Below, one piece after another: positions 1 to 7,025 of a stretch of 27,070 nt of DNA; positions within the stretch are counted from its first letter, which is position 1; every line of letters starts with the position of its first letter. The notes under the pieces were generated by a model. The model made no database searches and had not been told where the DNA came from. It was given only the letters and a program-made list of their open reading frames with translations. Source of the stretch: a virus. Taxonomy: Duplodnaviria; Caudoviricetes. The stretch is from positions 1 to 27,070 of the IMG/VR virus record IMGVR_UViG_3300037834_000014, one strand, 5' to 3'. Both the position numbers and the translations under genes were made by a program.

Positions 1-1
1 T

Positions 2-817
2 GCTGCGGTCGGTAACGGCACCGGCCGCGAAGGCAGTTTGCGTTATTGGCTGACCAAGCAACTCGAAACGCATGCGGTGAAATCGGCCGATGCGGTCGCG
101 GTGATCTGTGAGGGATTGCGCGGCGATTTGATCGCGCGCGGCATCGACTCAGCCAAGATCACGGTGTCGCCGAACGGCGTCGACCTCGAATTGTTCGGCG
201 ACCCGACCCCGCGCGACGATGCGCTGGCCGACGCGCTGGGCCTCGCCGCCGACGACGCGGTGATCGGCTATATCGGCAGCTTCTATGATTATGAGGGGAT
301 CGACGACCTGATCGCCGCAATGCCCTCGCTGGTCGCTGCGCAGCCGAAGGCGCGGCTGCTGCTCGTCGGCGGCGGGCCGATGGAGGCGGCGTTGAAGGCG
401 CAGGCGGCGGCATCGCCCGCTGCGGCGCATATCCATTTCGTCGGCCGCGTGCCGCACCAGGAGGTCGAGCGTTATTATTCGCTGATCGATATCCTCGCCT
501 ACCCGCGCAAGAAGATGCGGCTGACCGACCTCGTCACGCCGTTGAAGCCGCTCGAGGCGATGGCGCAGGGCAAGCTGGTCGCGGCGTCGGATGTCGGTGG
601 GCACCGCGAGCTGATCGAGGATGGCGCGACGGGCACCCTGTTCGCGCCCGATGACCCCACCGCAATCGCCGATGCGCTCGCCGTGCTGCTAGAAAATCGG
701 GAGATGTGGCCGGAGCGACGGCGGACGGCACGTATTTTTGTCGAAAACCATCGTAACTGGTCATCAAACATTTTACGTTACGAACCCGTTTACCAGCAAT
801 TGCTGCGCCGCGTTTAG
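2..817 (+). CDS. GT4-family glycosyltransferase, probably PEP-CTERM/exosortase A-associated (5' partial)
   Basis: Frame is open from base 2. GT4 motifs GYIGSFYDYEG, TPLKPLEAMAQGK and SDVGGHRELI. N-terminal AAVGNGTGREGSLRY resembles the PEP-CTERM system glycosyltransferases. Confidence 0.88.
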   Translation, partial: AAVGNGTGREGSLRYWLTKQLETHAVKSADAVAVICEGLRGDLIARGIDSAKITVSPNGVDLELFGDPTPRDDALADALGLAADDAVIGYIGSFYDYEGIDDLIAAMPSLVAAQPKARLLLVGGGPMEAALKAQAAASPAAAHIHFVGRVPHQEVERYYSLIDILAYPRKKMRLTDLVTPLKPLEAMAQGKLVAASDVGGHRELIEDGATGTLFAPDDPTAIADALAVLLENREMWPERRRTARIFVENHRNWSSNILRYEPVYQQLLRRV

Positions 818-850
818 CGCAATCGCGCAGATAGATGACAGGACGGCCCG

Positions 851-1711
851 ATGGGCTACACGGATTTGGACGATATGGACGAGATCAGCGAAAATCGGAC
901 CAAGGCGATAGCGACCGCGCTGTTGCGCGCGCTGCAGCCCGCGATCCCGGCGGTGATCGGCGCCGCCGCGCTGACCTTCCTGTTCGCCGCCGTGATGCCC
1001 TTTTCGTGGGTCGCGGGGATCAGCTGGAACCTCTATCTCGACCGCCTCTCCGACTTGTTCGTGCAACCGATCGGCAATGGCGGCCGGCTTGCGTTGGCGC
1101 TCGGCATGTCGGCGATCGCCGCGGTGATCGCGGGCTTTGTCGCGGTGCTGATCGCGAAGCCCGAAGCTGCAGGCCTGACCTCGCTGCGCGAGCGTTTCCG
1201 CCGCACCTCGCATGAGGTGGAGAGCGACGATAGCCAAGAGATTCTGACGCGCCGCCGCCGCGTCGACCTGCATCCCGACGATCCGCCGCGTCCGCCGATC
1301 CGCGCCGGGCGCGATTTGCCCGCGGGCGGGCTCGATGGAAGCGCAATTGCCGAACCGGTTGCGCCCGGCTTGTGGCTGGGTGAAGTCGAGGTCGAAGAAG
1401 CCGACGAGGCTGACGAACTGGTACTCGCCGATCTGGCGCCCGAAGAAGAATTCGACGGCGATGCGCCCTGGCTGCAACCCGCCGAGATGACCGCGCCGCC
1501 GCCGATGCCCGATCCCGCCGACAAATCGCTCGACGCAATGGTCGCGCGCTTCGAAGCAGGGCTGGCGCGCCGCCGGCAGGCCGTCCCCGTTTCGACGGCC
1601 GCGATCCCGATGCCCGATGCCGTAGAGCCCGAAAGCGAACCCGAGGTCGACTTCGCTCTCGAAGCCGCGCTCAGCACGCTGCAGCGGATGACGCGCCAGT
1701 CGGTCGGCTAA
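851..1711 (+). CDS. Host hypothetical membrane protein
   Basis: 286 aa. Two N-terminal hydrophobic segments followed by an acidic/Pro-rich tail. AGGA lies upstream of the ATG. Confidence 0.75.
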   Translation: MGYTDLDDMDEISENRTKAIATALLRALQPAIPAVIGAAALTFLFAAVMPFSWVAGISWNLYLDRLSDLFVQPIGNGGRLALALGMSAIAAVIAGFVAVLIAKPEAAGLTSLRERFRRTSHEVESDDSQEILTRRRRVDLHPDDPPRPPIRAGRDLPAGGLDGSAIAEPVAPGLWLGEVEVEEADEADELVLADLAPEEEFDGDAPWLQPAEMTAPPPMPDPADKSLDAMVARFEAGLARRRQAVPVSTAAIPMPDAVEPESEPEVDFALEAALSTLQRMTRQSVG

Positions 1712-2034
1712 TCCTCGACCGTCAAGATTTCGATCCGCAGCGATTGCGGATCGCCGCCCTGTTCCACTGCGACATCTGCGACGATATGGCCGGGCAGTGC
1801 CCATTCGGTCGCGCCCAGCCGATCCTGTAACGCGCGACACACCGCGGCGTCGTCACCTGCCGCGAGCGTGCATGGAAAGATGTGACGGGCGCCCACGAAA
1901 CTCGCGCTCGCCCAAGGCCGGAATGTCGAGGCGCCAGCCGACAGGCCGGGCGGAAGCTCGCGCATCAGCAGGACGCGGAGTCGGCGGTGCGGGCAGCCCG
2001 GGCGCGGAGGCTGCGCGGGAGACCAACGCATCAT
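1708..2034 (-). CDS. Host conserved hypothetical protein (108 aa)
   Basis: The ATG at 2034 overlaps the TGA of the upstream gene (ATGA). RPWASASFVGARH...LPGHIVADVAV...IEILTVED resembles small sphingomonad proteins (from recall). Confidence 0.65.
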   Translation of the reverse strand: MMRWSPAQPPRPGCPHRRLRVLLMRELPPGLSAGASTFRPWASASFVGARHIFPCTLAAGDDAAVCRALQDRLGATEWALPGHIVADVAVEQGGDPQSLRIEILTVED

Positions 2035-2275
2035 GCCCGCGCTCCCGCGCGCAAGCCGCGCATGGCGCGCGTTCGCCGGTCGCCGCCGGGAACGACGATT
2101 CCTGCACGACGATCGGCACGCCATTTGTTCATGAAATGTTCCGCACGGCATATCACGTCGCGGCCGGGCTCGCGGCCACCGCGCAGGTCGCTGACGAGGC
2201 GTGGATCGCGCACCGCGTCGCGGCCGAACACGCTGGGGGGCATCGCCGATTCCTTCAGAAAGGCCTCGATCCGTT
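2031..2275 (-). pseudogene. Small host HTH-like protein with its 5' end cut off by the prophage insertion
   Basis: RIEAFLKESAMPPSVFGRDAVRDPRLVSDLRGGREP resembles a common small alphaproteobacterial DNA-binding family. The sequence just upstream of RIE is replaced by the prophage-end repeats. Confidence 0.65.
2127..2141. promoter_or_regulatory. Possible LexA box (GTTC-N7-GTTC) inside the host gene
   Basis: GTTC-ATGAAAT-GTTC, about 93 bp upstream of the 2034 start. It lies in coding sequence (EHFMN), so it may be coincidental. Confidence 0.3.
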
Positions 2276-2282
2276 TGTAGCC

Positions 2283-2323
2283 GGCCAAAAATTTCGGCCA
2301 AAAACTCTGGCCAAAAATTCGGC
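2283..2323 (+). repeat. Tandem GGCCAAAAA repeats, candidate transposase end-binding sites
   Basis: GGCCAAAAA starts at 2283, 2296 and 2309 (13-bp period), beginning 7 bp inside the terminal TG. Confidence 0.7.
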
Positions 2324-2381
2324 TGATTATGTTAAATTCACCGCCGCTACAGCGGCATTTCAAAGAGCTTGAATTGGGTTG

Positions 2382-2678
2382 TTAATCGACCCGGCAGGGC
2401 AGCCCCTTGACCCCCTGCTCGTTGAACCACCGGCACACGTCGTTGAGCTTGTCCCAGCCCCGCTGGCCCCACTCATCCTTGTTGCGCTGGTGCTGCCGAT
2501 TTCCCTCCTCGCTGTTGTCGCGAAGGATGGCGATATCAGGGAGCGGCTTGCGCTCCTGCTCGAACATCACGGCACTCGGGGATGACAGTCGTGTCGACCC
2601 CGCCGTCGCGCAGCTCGTTACACAGATCGAGGCGCTGACGATCGCTAAGACCGTTGTCGGGAATGCCCGCTGTCGCAT
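2382..2678 (-). CDS. o-spanin (Rz1-like lipoprotein)
   Basis: Signal peptide with lipobox-like VTSC. Starts inside the i-spanin gene in another frame. AAGGAAGGA upstream. C-terminal Cys pair. Confidence 0.72.
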   Translation of the reverse strand: MRQRAFPTTVLAIVSASICVTSCATAGSTRLSSPSAVMFEQERKPLPDIAILRDNSEEGNRQHQRNKDEWGQRGWDKLNDVCRWFNEQGVKGLPCRVD

Positions 2679-2943
2679 TGTCGAATTCCTTCCTTGCAAT
2701 AGCCTCGGCCCGTCGCCGCGCCTCTGCGCGCTGGGCAGCCGAGGCGTCGGCCTTACGGCCCGTTCGCTCCAGTTTCGCTGACGTCTTCGCCTCGTGCGTC
2801 GTGATGACGTTGGCGTCGTATGTGCACTTGCCGACGCCCGCGAGGATCAGCGCCACGACGACAACGATAGCCCAAGCGAGGGGGCGCGCGGCGCGGATCC
2901 CGACGCCCTTGTCGGTGAGCCAATAGGCAATCAGCGCGATCAT
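2536..2943 (-). CDS. i-spanin (Rz-like)
   Basis: N-terminal TM helix, Ala/Arg-rich coiled region and C-terminal cysteines. Follows the endolysin and holin. Confidence 0.72.
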   Translation of the reverse strand: MIALIAYWLTDKGVGIRAARPLAWAIVVVVALILAGVGKCTYDANVITTHEAKTSAKLERTGRKADASAAQRAEARRRAEAIARKEFDNATAGIPDNGLSDRQRLDLCNELRDGGVDTTVIPECRDVRAGAQAAP

Positions 2944-3290
2944 GCCGCAGCCCCGCCGTCATAGGCTTCGCGCGCCGCGCGCTCGCCTACCGCCTCAAGG
3001 CTTCGTTCGCCCCACCGGGCGCGCCAGCGGCCGACCGGGCCGCCGAGGGAAAAGGACCAGACTACGACGAACTGATAGCCCACGGCCGCCAGCGCGATCG
3101 TCGCGATGATGTTGAGGCGCATCGTCTCGGTCTTGGCGCTCCAGCCGCCGCGCCAAAGCAGCACGACGAGCGCGATCAGCATCATCGCCGCGACGATGCT
3201 GCTGATCCACATGCGATCGATCATCCAGTGGCGCTTGGCTTCGGCCGGCGTGCGAGCCGCCAGAAGTTCGTAGGGGATGCCGCCATTCAT
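2940..3290 (-). CDS. Putative holin (2 TM, 116 aa)
   Basis: ATGA-coupled to the endolysin. Two hydrophobic helices and a charged C-terminus. Lies between endolysin and spanins. Confidence 0.6.
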   Translation of the reverse strand: MNGGIPYELLAARTPAEAKRHWMIDRMWISSIVAAMMLIALVVLLWRGGWSAKTETMRLNIIATIALAAVGYQFVVVWSFSLGGPVGRWRARWGERSLEAVGERAAREAYDGGAAA

Positions 3291-3910
3291 CGCGGGTCGA
3301 CCCCGACCGAGCGAAGCCACTCCGCGACGTCGAAACAGGGGCATTCCTTCAGCCACTCATCGGACGTGATCTTGCCGTCGCCGTTCCGGTCGGGACTGGC
3401 GTCGCGGTGCCCCAAAAACCGGGCGCGAGGGTAGGCGGCGCCAAGCTCGCGGCACAGCCACTCCATGGCCTTCTTCTGCGCGTCGGTGCGCGTATCCTTG
3501 GCCTTGCCCTGCGCATCGAGGCCACCGACGTAAACGACACCGATCGAGCCGGTGTTGAAGCCCTTCACATGACTGCCGGGGACGCTCTCGTCGCGGCCGA
3601 CCTCGATCGTGCCGTCGGGGCGTATTACGAAGTGATAGCCGATGTCGCTCCAACCCTGCGCCAGATGCCAGCGCTTGATCGTGCCGGCGTCGACATCCTG
3701 CCCCTCGCGGGTCGCGGTGCAGTGCAGGAAAATGCGGGTGATGTTCTTGCCGGTGCCCTTAACGATCACGGCGGCGCCCGGCGTGATCGCCGGGGTGAGC
3801 GTGACGCCGAGCTTGGCCAGAACCTTGTCGGCGGTTTCGCCGCCGTAGATGCCATCTTCGGAGGCACCGACCGCGCGCTGGATGCGCTTCGTCTTCTCGA
3901 TAAGGTTCAC
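3287..3910 (-). CDS. Endolysin, N-acetylmuramoyl-L-alanine amidase (Amidase_2, T7 lysozyme-like) with short N-terminal PG-binding-like segment
   Basis: IFLHCTAT, GWSDIGYHF, GHRD and KECPCF Zn-ligand motifs. N-terminal IQRAVG..DGIYGGET. GGAG lies 8 nt before the GTG at 3910. Confidence 0.92.
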   Translation of the reverse strand: MNLIEKTKRIQRAVGASEDGIYGGETADKVLAKLGVTLTPAITPGAAVIVKGTGKNITRIFLHCTATREGQDVDAGTIKRWHLAQGWSDIGYHFVIRPDGTIEVGRDESVPGSHVKGFNTGSIGVVYVGGLDAQGKAKDTRTDAQKKAMEWLCRELGAAYPRARFLGHRDASPDRNGDGKITSDEWLKECPCFDVAEWLRSVGVDPR

Positions 3911-3942
3911 CGTCACAACTCCACCGGAAAGGTCACTTGTCG

Positions 3943-3987
3943 GACCTAATCCCGGCAGCGCTCGGCGGCGCACAGTCGCTGGCGGCT
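3943..3987 (-). promoter_or_regulatory. Predicted activator-dependent late promoter, lysis operon
   Basis: Plus strand CTAA at 3946 and CAGTCG-CTGG-CGGCT at 3973. Same 27-bp offset as the two other copies. Confidence 0.65.
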
Positions 3988-3988
3988 G

Positions 3989-4735
3989 TCACCGCCATTC
4001 CTCGAACGACATAGCCCATTTGGTCTGCGCGGCATCTTCGCGCTCAAACTGCTCCAGCTTGCGGAACAGCCCATAGTGAACCGACGTCGCTTCGGGCGGG
4101 TAGTCCGGCCCTTCGACGACGAGCAGCGTCTTGTTCTCGCCCAGCTCCTCGACGATCTGCCACAGCTTGGCAAGGGCCGCTTTCGTAAGGTCGAGGAAAC
4201 GCCACTGAAAACCGGCCTTCACGACGCCTTCATCGATCCCGAAGCCGCCGTCCGGCAACGCGGCGCTGCGCGAGGTGTCGATCGGCTGGCGCCCGCCGCC
4301 ATAGGCATAGGGCCAATCGAACGCGAGGCCGACGATCGCGCGGCCGATCTCCATCGGCGATGTCGGCTGGTTCACCGTGATGCGGAAGAAGCGCCCGGAG
4401 ACCGGCGCGGGCAAACGGACGAAGCTGTGGTAGCGCGCGCGGATATTGCCCGCGAGGCGCATCGGCTCGGCGTTGACATGCGTGGCGGTCACGGCGCCGC
4501 CGAGCGCGGCGATCGTCTGGATCGTCCACAAGGCATCGGCGCGGGCGTTCGTCGCGGCGAGAAAGAAGACATCGACGTCCTGGACGGCCTGAAGGTCGAC
4601 CTCGAACGCCTGCGCGCCGGTCCCCGGTGCCACGCAGATCTCGCGCGGCGATTTCGTCTGAAGGTTCTCGGGGCCCGCCCAGCCGGCAGCGGACGCGACG
4701 AACGCGACGGGTTTGGTGAGCAGCAAGCCCGGCAT
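3989..4735 (-). CDS. Tail-tip protein (distal-tail-like, 248 aa)
   Basis: TAATG-coupled start. Beta-rich, with RFFRITV, MEIGRAIVG and a terminal MSFEEW typical of siphophage tail-tip proteins. Confidence 0.65.
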   Translation of the reverse strand: MPGLLLTKPVAFVASAAGWAGPENLQTKSPREICVAPGTGAQAFEVDLQAVQDVDVFFLAATNARADALWTIQTIAALGGAVTATHVNAEPMRLAGNIRARYHSFVRLPAPVSGRFFRITVNQPTSPMEIGRAIVGLAFDWPYAYGGGRQPIDTSRSAALPDGGFGIDEGVVKAGFQWRFLDLTKAALAKLWQIVEELGENKTLLVVEGPDYPPEATSVHYGLFRKLEQFEREDAAQTKWAMSFEEWR

Positions 4736-5097
4736 TACAACCTCCTCAAGACGGTGACCTTGGTCCCGCCCGTGCCGTCGATTTCGTCGGCGCCCAATAC
4801 GAACACGTCGACTCCTGCGGCGTAACCGCCCTTGTCGGCCGTAAGCCTCACGACCTTGCCGATCGCCCCGACCTGAAGGCCGGGAACGCGTAGCGTCTCG
4901 ATGGCCATCGGACCGGGACGGAACGCGAGCTGGCGCGCGGCCTCGGCGACCGCGTCGGGCCGAAGTGCGAGAGCGCTGGAGATCGTCGTGTCGATCGCGA
5001 GCGCACCCCACTTCGCTTCGGCAGCGGGATCGGACGCGATCGCGCCGAGATCCTCACGCGCGAGCCACTCCGCAAAATCGGGATCGACCAGCGTCAC
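4735..5097 (-). CDS. Tail protein (120 aa) resembling the C-terminal part of a tail hub protein
   Basis: GTGA-coupled start. DAVAEAARQLAF...IGKVVRL...VFVLG pattern. Confidence 0.6.
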   Translation of the reverse strand: MTLVDPDFAEWLAREDLGAIASDPAAEAKWGALAIDTTISSALALRPDAVAEAARQLAFRPGPMAIETLRVPGLQVGAIGKVVRLTADKGGYAAGVDVFVLGADEIDGTGGTKVTVLRRL

Positions 5098-5408
5098 GGA
5101 TGCCACCGCCCCCAAGTGCAATGCGCAACCTCATGGCCAATCCACTCGGGGCGCCATTGCTTCGCCGGGTCGACGATATGGACCTCGCAGCTCGTCGGCC
5201 GGATGATCGACCAAGCGTAGAGGGTGCGGCCATTGTCGGCGACGGCCGACGCCGGAGCGTTGGCGCGCAGATCGGCAAGCGTAGGGTGCGTGATAATCGT
5301 GATTGACGGCTGCGCCCGGTCGAATTCCTTCCGCTCGAATTTATGGGCATCGCTACCTTGGCCACAGCCGGACAGCAGTAGTGCGGAGACGAGCATGGCG
5401 CGCATCAT
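5094..5408 (-). CDS. Lipoprotein with HEXXH motif
   Basis: Lipobox LSGC and C-terminal GHEVAHCTWGRWH. Coupled to neighbours on both sides. Confidence 0.75.
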   Translation of the reverse strand: MMRAMLVSALLLSGCGQGSDAHKFERKEFDRAQPSITIITHPTLADLRANAPASAVADNGRTLYAWSIIRPTSCEVHIVDPAKQWRPEWIGHEVAHCTWGRWHP

Positions 5409-6595
5409 GCCGCCCCCTCCAGCAGCGCGAGCCGCTCCGCATGATCCTTGCGCTCTTTGTTGAGCGCGACGAGCATCAACGACTGGAGCTGGTCGATGCG
5501 GATGCCGAAGATATTACCCGCCTCGCGCGCGACATAGGTGTCGCCGGTCGGCCGCTGCTCGGTTCCTTCCTCGCCTTCACCGCACTGGACCATGACGGGT
5601 TGACCATCGGGACCGAGAATATCGGAGGGCCGCCACCATGCCATCACGGGCGCCGTTTCCTCGCCCCAAGCATCGAAACACAGGAAGGCGGGCGGGACGC
5701 TGCCCTCAGGCGGCAAGCCGTCCTCGCCAAGCACTGCGGCAAGGCCGTGGCTGGCGAAGATCATCCAGACCTCCTGCGCCTTGGGACCGAAATGCCAACG
5801 CGCGAGGGAACCCCCGGCATTCTCGCGCTCGATCGCGTCGAGATGCTGAAAGAAGCCGAACGCGTCAAAGCATTCGAGAACGGCGGCGTGCTCGTCGGGC
5901 GTCGGCGCGGGCTCGGCGCGGTAGAATTTAAGGCGGATGTCGCAGGTGTTAATTGTGCCGGTCACAGCGTAGATGACGCTGGCACGATTACTAGAGAGCC
6001 CGAGGGAATAAGCATTATCGGCACCGGGGTAAAAATGGCCGTTGTTCGCTATAACCCAACGCGCCGCGCCGTTGGTGCCGAGGACCATTGCGGCGTTCAT
6101 GTCATTCAAGAAATATATCGTATCGTCAGCGCCGGGATATCCCAGTAGAGCCTTTCTCCCGGTGGGATCATAGAAGGTCAGGATGCTGATGCCGCCGCCC
6201 CGCGCCACGGTGGTTTCGAGGCGCATGATTTCGCCGCTCGATTTGACATGCCACTTCGCCTGTGGCGCCGACGTTCCTGTTCCATTGTTGCCAGATGTTT
6301 GAGCAATGAACGAGGGATCGGTGCCGTTCAATTGGACAAGAAAACTGTTGTCGCCGCCGACACCGCTACCGCCGACGAACCAATTGAGAACGCCCGCGCG
6401 CTCGATCTGCAAGCGCGGCACTTCCGCCCCCGTAAACTTGACCCCGCCCGCCGCGTCACGCGTCACCAAATCAACGGCGGCGACCAGCGCGTCGACCTTC
6501 ACTCCGCCGCCGCCGAGATAGAAGCCGAGCAGGTGCGTGCCCGCCGTAGCGAGCTGCGCGCGCGTCATCGGCAGTGCGGTTGCCGTATCAGGCAT
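5405..6595 (-). CDS. Tail fibre/spike with C-terminal peptidase S74-like intramolecular chaperone
   Basis: Gly-rich beta repeats, PGADNAYSLG..GTINTCDIRLK, HFGPKAQEV and a terminal coiled coil (ERLALLE). Confidence 0.85.
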   Translation of the reverse strand: MPDTATALPMTRAQLATAGTHLLGFYLGGGGVKVDALVAAVDLVTRDAAGGVKFTGAEVPRLQIERAGVLNWFVGGSGVGGDNSFLVQLNGTDPSFIAQTSGNNGTGTSAPQAKWHVKSSGEIMRLETTVARGGGISILTFYDPTGRKALLGYPGADDTIYFLNDMNAAMVLGTNGAARWVIANNGHFYPGADNAYSLGLSSNRASVIYAVTGTINTCDIRLKFYRAEPAPTPDEHAAVLECFDAFGFFQHLDAIERENAGGSLARWHFGPKAQEVWMIFASHGLAAVLGEDGLPPEGSVPPAFLCFDAWGEETAPVMAWWRPSDILGPDGQPVMVQCGEGEEGTEQRPTGDTYVAREAGNIFGIRIDQLQSLMLVALNKERKDHAERLALLEGAA

Positions 6596-7025
6596 TGGAT
6601 TTCCCTTTCAGTTTGGAGGAGCGGCGCGCGGCCTCGCGCGCGATCCATTCGTCGTCTTTGGTGATGACGGCCGACGCCAGCTCGCCGAGCGGAACGCCGG
6701 TCGCGACGGCTTCGGCCGCAAGCATCGGCGCAAGGTCCGGAAACGCGAACCGCACGAACAGCCGCGCCTCGACGGCCTTGCGAATATGCGCCTCGCGCTT
6801 GGCACCTTCCCCATGCTCCGATCGATAGGCAGCATCGACGCGCCGGGCATCGGTCGCGGCCGCGACCGCGGCGTCGTCGACCCAGCTACGCGCCGTTTCA
6901 TCCCAGCGCATGCGCTCGAAATCGTCCGGGCAGGCGCAGGAGCTGCGGCCGCGCATATTCTCGCCCGCGAGCGAGGCGACATTGCGCAGCAGCTTCCCCG
7001 ACCGTTCGTTGAAGATAGAGATCAT
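6588..7025 (-). CDS. Tail fibre-associated/assembly-like protein (145 aa)
   Basis: ATGA-coupled to the upstream tail gene. RWDETARSWVDD and PMLAAEAVATG motifs. Lies between two fibre-like genes. Confidence 0.6.
   Translation of the reverse strand: MISIFNERSGKLLRNVASLAGENMRGRSSCACPDDFERMRWDETARSWVDDAAVAAATDARRVDAAYRSEHGEGAKREAHIRKAVEARLFVRFAFPDLAPMLAAEAVATGVPLGELASAVITKDDEWIAREAARRSSKLKGKSNA

Noticed and set aside
1731-1753. 9-bp hairpin CGATCCGCA/TGCGGATCG after 851..1711
   Set aside because: No U-tract on the plus strand and it lies inside the convergent CDS, so a terminator call is not supportable.
773-1840. 355-aa minus-strand ORF
   Set aside because: Arg/Gly-rich shadow of 851..1711.
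2380-2381. Alternative TG terminus next to the o-spanin stop
   Set aside because: It would leave the repeat array outside the element and does not coincide with the break in the host gene. 2276 explains both.
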